DNA of 64,000 nucleotides from an uncultured Bacilli bacterium (GTDB taxonomy: Bacteria > Bacillota_I > Bacilli_A > RF39 > UBA660), in contig CAKOLI010000001.1 in NCBI GenBank assembly GCA_934096265.1, positions 77,512 through 141,511 on the forward strand. The letters are read 5' to 3'. The notes below the pieces were generated by a model. That model saw only the letters and a program-made list of their open reading frames with translations. It did no database searches and had not been told where the DNA came from. The position numbers and the translations under genes are program-made. Positions 19,202 through 32,563 of the stretch are shown in pieces. Position 1 is the first letter of the stretch. Every line of letters starts with the position of its first letter.

Positions 19202-20680
19202 ATGGAAAATAAAAGTATATGGAAATATAATATTAAAAACAAAAAATACCCATCTCTAAATCAAGACATCCGCTGTGATGTATTAATAATAGGAGGAGGA
19301 ATTACTGGTCTAACCACTGCCTATTTCTTAAAAGATATAAATACACTAAACACAGTTCTAATAGATAAAGATATGTGTGGAATGGGAATAAGTGCTAAAT
19401 CGACAGGTAAACTAACTATCATGCAAAACTTAATATATGATAAAATATCTAAATGTTATGATACAAAAACTTCCCTAAAATACCTAAATAGTCAAAAAGA
19501 AGCCATCAAAATAGTAAGAGATATTATCCTGAAAAACGATATATCTTGTAACTATGATAAAACCCCATCATACGTATTTACTAACGATATAAATAAAATA
19601 AAAAACTTTGATAATGAAATATCCTTCTACAAAAAAGCCAATATCAAATATAAAGTAAAAAACTACATTCCATTAGACTATCCATCTATATATAGCTTAA
19701 AAATAAACACAGGAGGCGTCTTCAATCCAGTAAAATATCTTCTATCATTAAGAGAGATAATTAATAAAAACATAAAAATATATGAAGATACCAAAGCTAT
19801 AAAAATATATAAAAGAAATAACACATACCTAGTTCATACCGATAAAAACTACATCATCTACACCAAAACCCTAGTAGTATCTACCCATTATCCAATATTT
19901 ATCTTAAAAGGCCTTATCCCTTTTAAAACCCATGTAGAAAAATCCTACCTCCTATGTGCTTCTTCAAATAGCAACAAAGGTATCCAACTACTGTCAAACA
20001 CATCCCCAAAAGTAACAATAAGATATCATACTGATAAACAAAAAAACTATATTATTTATGGAGGATATACCCATAATATAAACAACATAGTAGATACAAG
20101 AGATATTTATAAAAACTTAATTTCTTCATATAAAGAAAACTTCTCTGGTAAAATAAAATGCTATTGGTCTAATCATGATATTATGAGTTATGATAATCTT
20201 CCGTATATTGGTAAGATAGATGAAAATCTCTATATAGCAACTGCTTATAACAAATGGGGAAATACTAATGGTACTATCGCTGGTAAAATAATAACAGACC
20301 TAATCCTAAATAAAAATAATCCCTATATAAACCTATTTAATCCAACAAGAAAATTATCCAAAGACAAAATAAAAAACCTAATTATCTATAACTATAAAAC
20401 TATTAAAAGATACATTCTAAATAAACTATCTAAAAAGATGACCTACTATGATAACACCGTTAAAATAAAGAAAATTAACAATATACTATGTGGTATCTAC
20501 ATAGATAAAGAAGGTATACACCACATAGTCAAAAACACCTGTCCTCATATGAAATGTAACCTTATATTTAACTACAAAGATAAAACATGGGATTGCCCTT
20601 GCCATGGCTCCAGATTTGACATAGATGGCAACGTCTTATTTGGGCCATCTGTATACAACATAAAAATAGATAATAACTAA
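19202..20680 (+). CDS. FAD-dependent oxidoreductase fused to a C-terminal Rieske 2Fe-2S domain
   Basis: DVLIIGGGITGLTTA dinucleotide fold. C-terminal CPHMKC...CPCHGSRFD Rieske motif. Confidence 0.75.
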   Translation: MENKSIWKYNIKNKKYPSLNQDIRCDVLIIGGGITGLTTAYFLKDINTLNTVLIDKDMCGMGISAKSTGKLTIMQNLIYDKISKCYDTKTSLKYLNSQKEAIKIVRDIILKNDISCNYDKTPSYVFTNDINKIKNFDNEISFYKKANIKYKVKNYIPLDYPSIYSLKINTGGVFNPVKYLLSLREIINKNIKIYEDTKAIKIYKRNNTYLVHTDKNYIIYTKTLVVSTHYPIFILKGLIPFKTHVEKSYLLCASSNSNKGIQLLSNTSPKVTIRYHTDKQKNYIIYGGYTHNINNIVDTRDIYKNLISSYKENFSGKIKCYWSNHDIMSYDNLPYIGKIDENLYIATAYNKWGNTNGTIAGKIITDLILNKNNPYINLFNPTRKLSKDKIKNLIIYNYKTIKRYILNKLSKKMTYYDNTVKIKKINNILCGIYIDKEGIHHIVKNTCPHMKCNLIFNYKDKTWDCPCHGSRFDIDGNVLFGPSVYNIKIDNN

Positions 20681-20701
20681 CATTATAAAAAATTAAAAAA
20701 A

Positions 20702-20775
20702 TTAGCACTTATCTCTTGACAATGCTAATTAATAGTTATATAATTGTATTAGCACTCATAAATTAATAGTGCTAG
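20702..20775 (+). promoter_or_regulatory. sigma-A promoter flanked by two CIRCE operators
   Basis: CIRCE1 TTAGCACTT-N9-CAATGCTAA (20702-20728). TTGACA (20716-20721), 17 nt, TATAAT (20739-20744). CIRCE2 TTAGCACTC-N9-TAGTGCTAG (20749-20775). Confidence 0.9.
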
Positions 20776-20793
20776 TATTAAGGAAGTGATAGC

Positions 20794-21786
20794 TTGCTAA
20801 ATAATAGAAGAAATGAAGTATTAAAAATAATAGTAGAAGAATACATCAAAACAGCACGTCCCGTTGGCAGTGACTATGTCTGTAAAATACTTGATTGTTC
20901 CTCTGCAACTATTCGTAATGAAATGATGTATCTAGAAGAAGTTGGCTATCTTGAAAAAACTCATACCTCTTCTGGACGTATCCCCAGTGAAAGTGGCTAT
21001 CGTTACTACGTAGATAATCTAATGAAACCAAAAGATATTACTGGAGAAGATATGCTAAAACTTCAAACTATCTTTAAAAACAACTCACTAGTAATAAGTG
21101 ATGCAATTAAAAAAAGCTTAGAAATAATATCAGAAATAACTAACTATACAACCATTGCTCTTGGTAATAATGCTATTGAAAACCGTCTTAAAAAAGTAGA
21201 AATTATTCCTCTAGAAGAAAGCAAAATACTAACCATGTTAATCACGGATAAAGGATATGTTGAATATAAGAATATGTTACTACCTAGTGATATATCTCCT
21301 AGTGAAGTAAAACAAACAGTTGACTTAATAAATAAATTACTAACAGGTACTCCTATTAGTGAAATAAGCAGTAAACTAGAGTTTGAAATCAAACCAATTA
21401 TCCCTAAATACGTTAAACAGCATGAAGTATTATATGATGCTTTCTATAGTGCATTTTCTGAATTTAAAGAAAAAGCAAACGAAGTACATTTCGTTGGTAA
21501 AAGTAACTTTCTAATGCAGCCAGAGTTTAGTAGTATTGATAAAATAAAAGATATTATGAATAAGTTTGATAATATAGAAAATGTCAGTGAGTTAAAAGAA
21601 GATAGCAGTGGAATTAACATATACATAGGTAAGGAAAATGAGTTAGATAATGATGTTTCTATCATAAAAACCAAATATAACTATAATGGAGAAGAAGGAA
21701 CTATTGCTATAATAGGACCTAAACGCATGGAATACGACAAAGTAGTAGGTATTCTTGATTATATTAAAAACAATCTAAATAGTTAA
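20794..21786 (+). CDS. hrcA: heat-inducible repressor HrcA
   Basis: TTG start. N-terminus RRNEVLKIIVEEYIKTARPVGS. Sits upstream of grpE-dnaK. Confidence 0.9.
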   Translation: MLNNRRNEVLKIIVEEYIKTARPVGSDYVCKILDCSSATIRNEMMYLEEVGYLEKTHTSSGRIPSESGYRYYVDNLMKPKDITGEDMLKLQTIFKNNSLVISDAIKKSLEIISEITNYTTIALGNNAIENRLKKVEIIPLEESKILTMLITDKGYVEYKNMLLPSDISPSEVKQTVDLINKLLTGTPISEISSKLEFEIKPIIPKYVKQHEVLYDAFYSAFSEFKEKANEVHFVGKSNFLMQPEFSSIDKIKDIMNKFDNIENVSELKEDSSGINIYIGKENELDNDVSIIKTKYNYNGEEGTIAIIGPKRMEYDKVVGILDYIKNNLNS

Positions 21787-21818
21787 ATATCATTATAAAA
21801 TGTAGAAAGGAAACGTTT

Positions 21819-22334
21819 ATGAGTAAAAAGAAAAAAGAAGTAAAAGAAGAAACAAAAGAACAGATACATCCTGAAGAAAACAATGTAGAAGAAACAGAAC
21901 TTCTTGGTAATAGAATTAAAGACTTAGAAGAAAAATTAGTTCGTAATCAAGCAGACTTAATCAACTACAAAAGAAGAAAAGAAGAAGAAACTAGCAGATT
22001 ACTAAAATACGCTAATGAAGATATCATCAAAGATTTATTACCAGTTATGGATAATTTTGAAAGAGCTATAGAAAGTGCTTCTTCAAATGATGATACTAAA
22101 AGTGTATTAGAAGGTATTAAAATGATATATAACAGTATGGTAAACATTCTAAATAAAATAGAAGTTAAAGAAATAACTTCCCAAGATCAAGAATTTGATC
22201 CTACTTATCATCAGGCAGTATTAACTGGTAAAGATGAAAGTAAGAAATCAGGAATTATCCTAGAAGTATTACAAAAAGGTTATATGTATAAAGATAGAGT
22301 CATCAGACCATCAATGGTGAAAGTAAATGAGTAA
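21819..22334 (+). CDS. grpE: nucleotide exchange factor GrpE
   Basis: ADLINYKRRKEEE...LPVMDNFERA motifs. Confidence 0.9.
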   Translation: MSKKKKEVKEETKEQIHPEENNVEETELLGNRIKDLEEKLVRNQADLINYKRRKEEETSRLLKYANEDIIKDLLPVMDNFERAIESASSNDDTKSVLEGIKMIYNSMVNILNKIEVKEITSQDQEFDPTYHQAVLTGKDESKKSGIILEVLQKGYMYKDRVIRPSMVKVNE

Positions 22335-22414
22335 AATTATATTAGGACTTATTTACCTAGCTGTTATTGCAATAACTATCACTATGATGATAGTACTATA
22401 AATTAAATAAATAA

Positions 22415-24262
<1,848 letters not shown>

Positions 24263-24273
24263 AAATACTAATA

Positions 24274-24301
24274 AGAAGTTCTAGGCTAAACTAGAACTTC
24301 T
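24274..24301 (+). terminator. stem-loop after dnaK (weak or partial terminator)
   Basis: AGAAGTTCTAG-GCTAAA-CTAGAACTTCT, an 11-bp perfect stem with no clear U-tract. Confidence 0.45.
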
Positions 24302-24329
24302 ATTAAAGTATATACAAAGGAGAATAATT

Positions 24330-26099
24330 TTGAATAAATATAAATGGGATATCCAAAAAATGATTAAAGATAAAGAAGAATTTAATAGCAATATTAATAA
24401 AATTAAAGATAGTATTACCAAAATAACCAAAATGAAAAATCATATACTAGATAACGAATATACCCTAGAAGAATATCTAAAAGAAAGTGAAACCCTAGAT
24501 CGTACTTTAGAACTAGTATACACTTATGCTTCTATGGTATGTGATACAGATACAACAAACAATGAATATCAAGTATTAAAATCACAAGCAGAAAAAATAT
24601 ATGACGAAGTTCAAGACAAACTATCATTCATAAGACCAGAAATACTATCTAAAAACAAAGAAGATGTAGACATATTATTAGATAAAACACCATATTTAAA
24701 ACAATATAAACTATCATTTGAAAAATTCTTTAGATATAAAAAATATACTCTAAGCGATAAAGAAGAAATCCTTCTATCTAAGATATGCAATGTATTAGGA
24801 AGTAGCAGTGAAGCATTCTATAACCTAAATAATGCTGATATCAAACTAGGTACTATTAGAGATGATAAAGGAAAAAGAGTAGAATTAACTAGCAGTAATT
24901 ACAGTAAATACGTAAGCAGTAATATACAAGAAGTAAGAAAAAGTGCTTATAATACTCTATATAAATATTATAAGAACCATAAAAATACTATTACCGCATT
25001 ACTAAAAAGCAAAATAAAAGAAAACGTTACTTTATCTAACATAAGAGGTTTTAATAGTCCTCTAGAACAAAGCATGTATCAAGATAATATAGATCCTAAA
25101 GTATATCTATCCCTAATAGAAAAAGTACATGCTAACTTAGATACTATGTATGAATATATGGAACTAAGAAAAGAAATACTTTCCCTACCTAAATTAAATA
25201 TGTATGATATATATGTAAACTTATCAAAACAATCAAACAGAACTATTTCCTATGATGAAGCCAAAGATATAATTATATCTTCCTTATCACCTCTAGGAGA
25301 AGATTATATAGAAAATCTAAAGAAATCCTTTGAAGAACGCTGGATTGATGTATATCCTAAAAAAGGTAAAAAATCAGGAGCATACAGCTGGGGATGTTAC
25401 GATAGCTATCCATACTTATTATTAAATTATGAAAATGACCTAGATTCTTTATCAACACTAGCTCACGAATTAGGCCATTCCATGCACAGCTATTACTCTA
25501 AACAAAACCAAATATATGAATATGCAAACTATCCCATCTTTCTAGCGGAAATAGCTTCTACCGTAAATGAAATTCTTCTAAATGAATATCTCTATAGAAA
25601 TGCTAAAAATAGTGATGATAAAATACTCTACCTAAATGAATTTTTAGATAAAGTAAGAACAACAATATATAGACAAACTATGTTCGCAGAGTTTGAAAAA
25701 ATAATGCATGATAAAGAACAACAAAACATTCCTCTAACCGAACAAGAATTTTCAAATACATACTATGAATTAAATAAATTATATTACGGAGATAATGTTA
25801 TCAGTGATGATTTAATTAGATATGAATGGATGAGAATCCCACATTTCTATACCTCATTTTATGTCTACAAATATGCAACAGGTCTATCTTGTGCTATTTA
25901 TATTGCTTATTCTATTTTAAATAATAATACCAAATTAAGAGATAATTACTTAAAATTCTTATCATCAGGAGGAAATGGTTACCCACTTGACATTTTAAAA
26001 ATAGTAGGTATAGACCTAACAACAGGAGAAGTTATAGATAAATCCCTAGATATATTTAAAGAAAAATTAATTGAATTTAAAAACCTAATTAGAAAGTAG
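24330..26099 (+). CDS. pepF: oligoendopeptidase F (M3B)
   Basis: 589 aa with the HELGHSMHS zinc motif. TTG start. Confidence 0.85.
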   Translation: MNKYKWDIQKMIKDKEEFNSNINKIKDSITKITKMKNHILDNEYTLEEYLKESETLDRTLELVYTYASMVCDTDTTNNEYQVLKSQAEKIYDEVQDKLSFIRPEILSKNKEDVDILLDKTPYLKQYKLSFEKFFRYKKYTLSDKEEILLSKICNVLGSSSEAFYNLNNADIKLGTIRDDKGKRVELTSSNYSKYVSSNIQEVRKSAYNTLYKYYKNHKNTITALLKSKIKENVTLSNIRGFNSPLEQSMYQDNIDPKVYLSLIEKVHANLDTMYEYMELRKEILSLPKLNMYDIYVNLSKQSNRTISYDEAKDIIISSLSPLGEDYIENLKKSFEERWIDVYPKKGKKSGAYSWGCYDSYPYLLLNYENDLDSLSTLAHELGHSMHSYYSKQNQIYEYANYPIFLAEIASTVNEILLNEYLYRNAKNSDDKILYLNEFLDKVRTTIYRQTMFAEFEKIMHDKEQQNIPLTEQEFSNTYYELNKLYYGDNVISDDLIRYEWMRIPHFYTSFYVYKYATGLSCAIYIAYSILNNNTKLRDNYLKFLSSGGNGYPLDILKIVGIDLTTGEVIDKSLDIFKEKLIEFKNLIRK

Positions 26100-26107
26100 T
26101 GAATTTT

Positions 26108-27220
26108 ATGAATAAACGAGATTATTATGAAGTCCTAGGAGTCCCTAAAACTGCGACTGAACAAGAAATAAAAAGTGCTTTTAGACGCCTAGCTAAAAAG
26201 TATCATCCCGATGTCTCAAAAGAAAAAGATGCCGCTGAAAAATTTAAAGAAGCTCAAGAAGCATATGCCGTATTATCAGATGAAAATAAAAGAAGAAAAT
26301 ATGACCAATATGGCCATTCAGCATTCACTGATGATAGAGGAGGCTTCTCTGGCTTTGAAGGCTTTGACTTTGGTAGCATGAATGACATTTTTGATGATAT
26401 CCTATCTGGTTTTGGTTTCTCCTCATCATTTGGAGGAAGAACTTCAAAAAGTACCCGCAAAAATGGCAATGACGTCTTATACAAAATGAACATTACTTTT
26501 ACCGAAGCAGCCTTTGGCTGTGAAAAAGATATCAAACTAGATGTCATCGATGTATGTAGTGAATGCAATGGAGCAGGTGGCTTCAATGAACATACATGTA
26601 CCTCATGCCACGGCTCTGGAATGGTAACATCAGAACAAAGAAGCCTCTTTGGAACATTTCTAACCAAAACGCCTTGCCCTACATGTGGAGGAAAAGGCAA
26701 AACATACGAAAGAAAATGCCCTAAATGTAAAGGTACAGGAAAAGTAAAAGAAAACAAAACAATATCTGTAAAAGTACCTGCAGGCGTAGATACAGGTAAT
26801 AGACTAAGACTAAAAGAAAAAGGAGAAGCGGGCCTAAACGGAGGTATAAATGGAGATTTATATATCGAATTTAACGTCCTAGAACATGAAATATTCGAAA
26901 GAAACGAAGACGATATTTACCTAAACCTACCAATAACCATAACCGAAGCCGTCTTAGGATGCAAAAAAGAAGTACCAACCATATATGGTAACGTAACAAT
27001 GTCCATCCCTGCGGGAATACAAAACAACGACAAACTAAGATTAAGAGGCAAAGGAATAGAAAACGTCCATACTGGTAAAAAAGGAGATATGTACGCCGTT
27101 ATTGATATCATCATCCCAGAAAAACTAACCAAAGAACAAAAAACATTATTTGAACAACTAGATAAAACACCACTAGACAATCATAGCGCATTCAAAAAAT
27201 ACAAAAATTATGTCAAATAG
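26108..27220 (+). CDS. dnaJ: chaperone DnaJ
   Basis: J domain (RDYYEVLGV...KKYHPD), G/F region and four CxxCxGxG zinc motifs. Confidence 0.95.
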   Translation: MNKRDYYEVLGVPKTATEQEIKSAFRRLAKKYHPDVSKEKDAAEKFKEAQEAYAVLSDENKRRKYDQYGHSAFTDDRGGFSGFEGFDFGSMNDIFDDILSGFGFSSSFGGRTSKSTRKNGNDVLYKMNITFTEAAFGCEKDIKLDVIDVCSECNGAGGFNEHTCTSCHGSGMVTSEQRSLFGTFLTKTPCPTCGGKGKTYERKCPKCKGTGKVKENKTISVKVPAGVDTGNRLRLKEKGEAGLNGGINGDLYIEFNVLEHEIFERNEDDIYLNLPITITEAVLGCKKEVPTIYGNVTMSIPAGIQNNDKLRLRGKGIENVHTGKKGDMYAVIDIIIPEKLTKEQKTLFEQLDKTPLDNHSAFKKYKNYVK

Positions 27221-27280
27221 GCATAATTTTCTTTTATATTTTATATTAATATGTTATATTAAAAATAGAGGTGACTATAT

Positions 27281-27553
27281 ATGACAAAAGAAGATATAAT
27301 AAAAATACCAAAACAAAATTTAGAACAATTCCTAACAAACCTAACTGAAGAAGAACTATTAAAACTAAAAAAAGAAATAGAAGAATATTTAGAACCCCTA
27401 ACCATGGGAGATATTTCTTCTAAAGAAGCATCACAATATATTCAAGCAAGCCTAATTATAGGTAAAATAATAAGACAAAGAAAAGAAAAAAATAATTTAG
27501 ATAAACTAGACATGACATTTGTAAATATAGCTAATAAAAATAGAAAAAGATAG
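27281..27553 (+). CDS. hypothetical protein
   Basis: 90-aa ORF with backbone codon usage and a good RBS. No motif recognised. Confidence 0.4.
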   Translation: MTKEDIIKIPKQNLEQFLTNLTEEELLKLKKEIEEYLEPLTMGDISSKEASQYIQASLIIGKIIRQRKEKNNLDKLDMTFVNIANKNRKR

Positions 27554-27563
27554 GAAGTATATT

Positions 27564-27956
27564 ATGGATAAAGATAAAGAATTAATATTTGATAATGCTA
27601 TAAATGAAAAAATAAAACAAAATAAACGCCAAGAATTATTTAAAAACGCTTGCATTAAAACAACCAGAATAAACCCAGGTAAAGTAATAAATAAAGAGCA
27701 AGCAAAAAACGAAAATAAAGCAAAAGAAAAAAGAAAAAATGCTATTAGATGTATATGTACAATTCTAGTTCTATATCATCTAACTGCTTCAGCGGCTCTA
27801 ATAGAATCAAATGACACCATCGTAAAAGACTTTATCAAAAACGTAACACACCCTATAACAACCGCTAGTAAAGTAATAGAAAAATTTACAGATACCTGCA
27901 AAATATTCATAGATGATGATACTATAGAAGATACATTCCAAAAAGGAGGTAGATAA
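27564..27956 (+). CDS. hypothetical membrane-anchored protein
   Basis: 130 aa with one central TM (CICTILVLYHLTASAALI). Confidence 0.4.
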   Translation: MDKDKELIFDNAINEKIKQNKRQELFKNACIKTTRINPGKVINKEQAKNENKAKEKRKNAIRCICTILVLYHLTASAALIESNDTIVKDFIKNVTHPITTASKVIEKFTDTCKIFIDDDTIEDTFQKGGR

Positions 27957-27959
27957 TCT

Positions 27960-28232
27960 ATGTATAATAAAAATGATATTATAACCCTAGAAGATAACAA
28001 GAAATACCTAGTAGTAGAAAACATAAACATAGATAATAACAACTATCTCTTACTAACAGATTATGAAGATGATAAATCTGATATTGCTATAGTAAAAGTA
28101 ATAAACACTACCGATAATACTTACCTAGATAATATAGATGATGAAGAAGAATATACTAAAGTACTAAACAAGATGACATTAATGTATAAAGATGAAATCA
28201 ACTTACTTCTAAATAACATTAACAAGGACTAA
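27960..28232 (+). CDS. hypothetical acidic protein (possibly DUF1292-like)
   Basis: 90 aa. The pattern ITLEDNKKYLVVENI...LLLTDYEDD resembles DUF1292, but the similarity is weak. Confidence 0.35.
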   Translation: MYNKNDIITLEDNKKYLVVENINIDNNNYLLLTDYEDDKSDIAIVKVINTTDNTYLDNIDDEEEYTKVLNKMTLMYKDEINLLLNNINKD

Positions 28233-28233
28233 T

Positions 28234-28941
28234 ATGCAACGTTATTTTGCTAAAGATATAATTGATAACATCGTACAATTAGATACAAAAGATATTCATC
28301 ATATTAAAAATGTTATGCGTATGAAACCAAATTCTATTGTAGAAGTAGTACACAATAACAACTTATATAACGCATATATTACTAGTAATTACCAAGTAAA
28401 AATAACATCCACTATAGATAATTACCAAAAGACTAATAAAGAAATAATCTTATCCCCAGCACTAATAAAAGAACAAAAACAAGATTTAATCTTTCAAAAA
28501 GCAACAGAAATAGGTGTATCTAAAATAATTCCTCTATCATTAGAAAGATGTGTAGTAAAAATAGATAAATCTAAAGAACTAAAGAAAAAAGAAAGATGGA
28601 ATACCATCTGTAAAGAAGCAAGTGAACAATCCAAAAGGCTAAATATCCCAACAATAGAAAATATTAGCACATTAGAAGAACTATGTAACACTAAAGCGGA
28701 CCTAAAAATAATCTTAAATACCAAAGAGGATACTAAAACATTAAAAAATGTTTTGAATAATAATCCAAATTGTGATAAAATTATAGTAGTAATTGGCCCT
28801 GAAGGAGGCCTAACTGATAAAGAAGTTAAATACTTAGAAGAAAATGGATACATATCTGTAACCCTAGGTAATAATATCCTTCGTGCAGAAACCGCATGTA
28901 TCAGTGTTCTTAGTATGATTAATTACCATTTTATGAGGTGA
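28234..28941 (+). CDS. rsmE: 16S rRNA (uracil1498-N3)-methyltransferase
   Basis: MQRYF start, GPEGGLTDKEV and LGNNILRAETA motifs. dnaJ...rsmE-mtaB synteny. Confidence 0.85.
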   Translation: MQRYFAKDIIDNIVQLDTKDIHHIKNVMRMKPNSIVEVVHNNNLYNAYITSNYQVKITSTIDNYQKTNKEIILSPALIKEQKQDLIFQKATEIGVSKIIPLSLERCVVKIDKSKELKKKERWNTICKEASEQSKRLNIPTIENISTLEELCNTKADLKIILNTKEDTKTLKNVLNNNPNCDKIIVVIGPEGGLTDKEVKYLEENGYISVTLGNNILRAETACISVLSMINYHFMR

Positions 28942-28945
28942 GATA

Positions 28946-29629
28946 ATGGAAGTAATAAACAAACTTAGTAATATAGAACTTGTATTACTAATAATCAATT
29001 TAATATTAATAATAAGCTTTATAATATCTATAACAACACTTACATCTAAAAATAAAAAACTAAGAAAAATAATAAATAAACTAAACCATGAAGAAAAAAT
29101 TAACATAATTAAAACAAGTGATATCGATTTTAACAAAATAAAACTAGAAAAAAGTAACATAAAAGAAGTATTACAAAAAGAAACTGTAGATAACACACCT
29201 GACTTAAACAATACCTTTTATTCTAAAAATATCCTAAATGAAATGGGTACCAAAAATCAAACATCCCCATTATCATTAGGCAAAGGCAGTGATGTAATAC
29301 CACTTGGAGAAACCCAAAAATTATCTCCTATAGATATAGAAAAAATAGAAACCTATAACAACAAAGAATTAAATAAAGAACTAAAAAAAGAAAACATCAC
29401 TCCATTAGATGACTTAATGGTACGAGAAGCTATAGGCACTGATAATGAAGATAGCCCAATAGAATTTACTTCCTTTGAATCATCACAAGAAGAAGATGCT
29501 ATAATAAGCTATGATGAACTAATTAAAAATACTCATCTAGCAGAAACAAGAGAAAAAAGATACAACGTTGATGTAGAAGACGATAACGAATTTTTAAAAG
29601 AACTAAAAACATTTAGAAATAATATGTAA
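28946..29629 (+). CDS. hypothetical N-terminally anchored protein
   Basis: TM at residues ~10-32, then a polar, acidic tail. Confidence 0.4.
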   Translation: MEVINKLSNIELVLLIINLILIISFIISITTLTSKNKKLRKIINKLNHEEKINIIKTSDIDFNKIKLEKSNIKEVLQKETVDNTPDLNNTFYSKNILNEMGTKNQTSPLSLGKGSDVIPLGETQKLSPIDIEKIETYNNKELNKELKKENITPLDDLMVREAIGTDNEDSPIEFTSFESSQEEDAIISYDELIKNTHLAETREKRYNVDVEDDNEFLKELKTFRNNM

Positions 29630-29671
29630 TAAAGCACCTATCATTAGGTGCTATTTAGATAGGGGATAATT

Positions 29672-30946
29672 ATGAAAGTAGGAATATGCAGCTTAGGATG
29701 CAAAGTAAATATATATGAAAGTGAATATATAACTAATATATTAAAAGATAATGGTTATGAAATAGTACCATTCTCTTCATATGCAGATATCTATATAATT
29801 AACACATGTACCGTTACTAACACATCAGATAGCAAATCAGAAAAAATGATAAATAGAGCAAGAAAGCAAAACAAAGATGCTATCGTAATTGCAATGGGAT
29901 GCCATAGTCAAATAAAAGGAAATATAGACTCTGCAGACATCACAATAGGTAACAAAGATAAAAGCAAAATAATAGAACTAATAGAAGAATATATCAAAAA
30001 CAAACAAAAAATAACAAGAATATACAACCTAGAAAACGTTCCATTTGAGGATATGACTATAACCAAATTTAACAGCCATACAAGAGCATTTGTCAAAATA
30101 GAAGATGGATGTGATGCCTACTGTTCTTACTGCATCATACCATACGCAAGAGGCTGTATAAGAAGCAAAGATAAAAATAAAGTCATAGAAGAAATAACTT
30201 CACTAGTTAAATCAGGATATAAAGAAATAGTCTTAACAGGTATTCATACTGGTAAATATGGCAAAAATACAAACTATAACTTAGAAAACCTATTAAACGA
30301 TATAATAAAAATACCTAATTTATACAGAATAAGAATATCCTCTATTGAAATAAACGAAATAACCGATGGCATCATAAAACTAATAAAAGAAAATAGCAAA
30401 ATAGCAAAACATCTGCATATCCCTATCCAATCAGGAAGCAACAAAATACTAAAACTAATGAACCGTAAATATAATATAGAATACTTTAAACAAAGAATAG
30501 ACCTAATTAGATCTTCTATTAAAGATATATCTATAACAACAGACCTAATCGTAGGATTTCCTAATGAAAACGAAGAAGACTTCGAAGAAACCCTAAATAC
30601 ACTAAAACAAATTAAATTTACCAAAATACATACATTTCCATATTCTAACAGAAAAAATACACCTGCAAGCACCATGCCAAATCAAGTAGACAGTAAAACA
30701 AAAAAAGAAAGAACTAAAAAAGTTATAGCTTTATCTGATGAATTAGAAAACTCCTTCTATACTAAAAACCTAAATAAAGAATATGAAGTCTTAATAGAAC
30801 AAAATAAATCTAACAAAAGTTATGGTTATACTACTAACTATATTCCTATTGTTATTGAAGAAAATATTCCAAGTAATAAAATAGTATTAGTAAAATTAAC
30901 TAAAATTGATAATAAAAAAGTAATTAGTACAATACAATTAATATAG
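29672..30946 (+). CDS. mtaB: radical-SAM methylthiotransferase, MtaB type
   Basis: N-terminal LGCKVNIYESE, radical-SAM CDAYCSYC and a TRAM-like C-terminus. Lies downstream of rsmE. Confidence 0.8.
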   Translation: MKVGICSLGCKVNIYESEYITNILKDNGYEIVPFSSYADIYIINTCTVTNTSDSKSEKMINRARKQNKDAIVIAMGCHSQIKGNIDSADITIGNKDKSKIIELIEEYIKNKQKITRIYNLENVPFEDMTITKFNSHTRAFVKIEDGCDAYCSYCIIPYARGCIRSKDKNKVIEEITSLVKSGYKEIVLTGIHTGKYGKNTNYNLENLLNDIIKIPNLYRIRISSIEINEITDGIIKLIKENSKIAKHLHIPIQSGSNKILKLMNRKYNIEYFKQRIDLIRSSIKDISITTDLIVGFPNENEEDFEETLNTLKQIKFTKIHTFPYSNRKNTPASTMPNQVDSKTKKERTKKVIALSDELENSFYTKNLNKEYEVLIEQNKSNKSYGYTTNYIPIVIEENIPSNKIVLVKLTKIDNKKVISTIQLI

Positions 30947-30954
30947 GTGATTAT

Positions 30955-31680
30955 ATGAAAATAGGTATATTTGACTCTGGCTCAGGAGGTCTAACTATCC
31001 TAAAAAAATTAATAGAAAACAACAAGTATCATGACTATATCTATGTAGGTGATACTAAAAACTTTCCATACGGAGAAAAAACAACAGAAGAATTAAAAAC
31101 ATATGCAGATAAAATAATAAACTTCTTTATAGAACAAAGATGTAAAACAATCATAATAGCATGTGGAACTTTATCTATAAGCATATATCCATATCTAAAA
31201 GAAAAATACAAAAACTTAAACATAATAGATGTAATAACTCCTATGCTAGAATACATAAAAGAAAATAACTATCAAAACATAGGCATAGTAGGTACTAACA
31301 CTATGATAAATAACTTAAAAAATATAAATCTAAATAACCTAAACATAATACCTAATAGTTCTAAAACTCTAGCTACATTAATAGAAGAAGATAACCAAAG
31401 TAAAATAAAAAGCACTATAAAAACTCTAATCAATCCATATCTAAATAAAGACCTAGACTTATTTATCTTAGGATGTACTCACTATCCATTAGCAATTAAC
31501 TACTTCAAAGAATATTTAAATACTAAAATACTAGATCTAAGTACACTAATACCTAAGTATATAGATAATGGAAGTATCCTAAAAATAACTATCTACTTTA
31601 CATCTATTCATAATAAAGATATTAAAAACGTTCTTAAAACAATTAACTCTAAATATACAGTAAGTAAACTAAATATATAA
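30955..31680 (+). CDS. murI: glutamate racemase
   Basis: IGIFDSGSGGLT, ACGTLS and LGCTHYPL catalytic Cys motifs. Confidence 0.9.
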   Translation: MKIGIFDSGSGGLTILKKLIENNKYHDYIYVGDTKNFPYGEKTTEELKTYADKIINFFIEQRCKTIIIACGTLSISIYPYLKEKYKNLNIIDVITPMLEYIKENNYQNIGIVGTNTMINNLKNINLNNLNIIPNSSKTLATLIEEDNQSKIKSTIKTLINPYLNKDLDLFILGCTHYPLAINYFKEYLNTKILDLSTLIPKYIDNGSILKITIYFTSIHNKDIKNVLKTINSKYTVSKLNI

Positions 31681-31800
31681 ATATTTTATTAAAAATACTT
31701 GCATATAAATAAAATTTATGCTATGATTAATTCATAAAATATGTAAATTAAAAAATACCAAAAAATTCACAAATTTATAATAAAAATTAATAAGATTTTA

Positions 31801-31923
31801 GGAGTTGATAGTGATGAGTAGAGTTAACCAAAAATGTCCTAAAACCCTTATTTTACTAGGGGGGGGGGCAATTACAAAACCTTATAAATAAAGGGTTTAA
31901 GCCTCATTTTAACTATCAAAAAA
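31801..31923 (+). repeat. 123-nt structured intergenic element with G10 tract, copy B
   Basis: 3 mismatches against 5661..5783. G10 at 31859-31868. Confidence 0.85.
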
Positions 31924-32024
31924 TATATAAAAAATATATAAATCTATATTAGGGATATAGCAATTTTGCTATATTCTTTGATATAGATTTTTTATGTTTA
32001 TTAAAAGAAGGAGAGTATCATAAT

Positions 32025-32422
32025 ATGGATAATAATAAAAGAGTATACTTAATAATAGGAGTAATAACTATCACTATGCTAATAATGGGAGTAACCACTG
32101 CGTGGTTTACTTGGAATAGTAGCATTAATACAGATGTAACATTTAATGTAGAAGGGTTAGATATTACTTATACAGGAGATGAAAATGTTCTAAATAAAAA
32201 GCTATATCCTACAGCATCTATGACTAATACAGATAATGTAATACATAAATTTAGTTTAGTAACTACATCTAATCTAGTTTAGTACAAATAACAACTAATA
32301 TTAATCAACTTGATTTACTTTGCTTTAAAGGAAAAATAAAAAATAAGTTATTTAATTTAAATCTAACTGGAAAAGAAAATATTGATTATAATCTAAATGT
32401 TATAATATCAATTAATATATAA
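32025..32422 (+). pseudogene. short frameshifted paralogue of the 5880..7664 gene (TasA-signal N-domain only)
   Basis: The first ~35 codons are nearly identical to 5880... (MDNNKRVYLIIGVITITMLIMGVTTAWFTW). TAG at 32280. The reading frame continues after a 1-nt shift as ...QITTNINQLDLLCFKGKIKNKLFNLNLTGKENI... to a TAA at 32420-32422. There is no FGE-like domain. Confidence 0.6.
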
Positions 32423-32502
32423 TATAAGTAGTGTCCTCGGTTTGGTATTGTAACGGCAAGTAATTTTTTTAAGTATTTTTAATTAAAGGTTATGAAATTA
32501 GT

Positions 32503-32528
32503 AAAGATATGTTTAGTTGCATATCTTT
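32503..32528 (+). other. 9-bp inverted repeat just upstream of the mob gene (candidate oriT hairpin)
   Basis: AAAGATATG-TTTAGTTG-CATATCTTT, 35 nt upstream of the relaxase start codon. Confidence 0.3.
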
Positions 32529-32563
32529 TTCGCTATGCATATTAAGAAAGAGAGAAATGGTAA

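Noticed and set aside
24330-26099. pepF inserted between dnaK and dnaJ as a possible new chaperone-operon component.
   Set aside because: It is an ordinary M3B oligoendopeptidase with the HExxH motif and backbone codon usage. Gene-order variation in this operon is common, and nothing in the sequence suggests a novel function.
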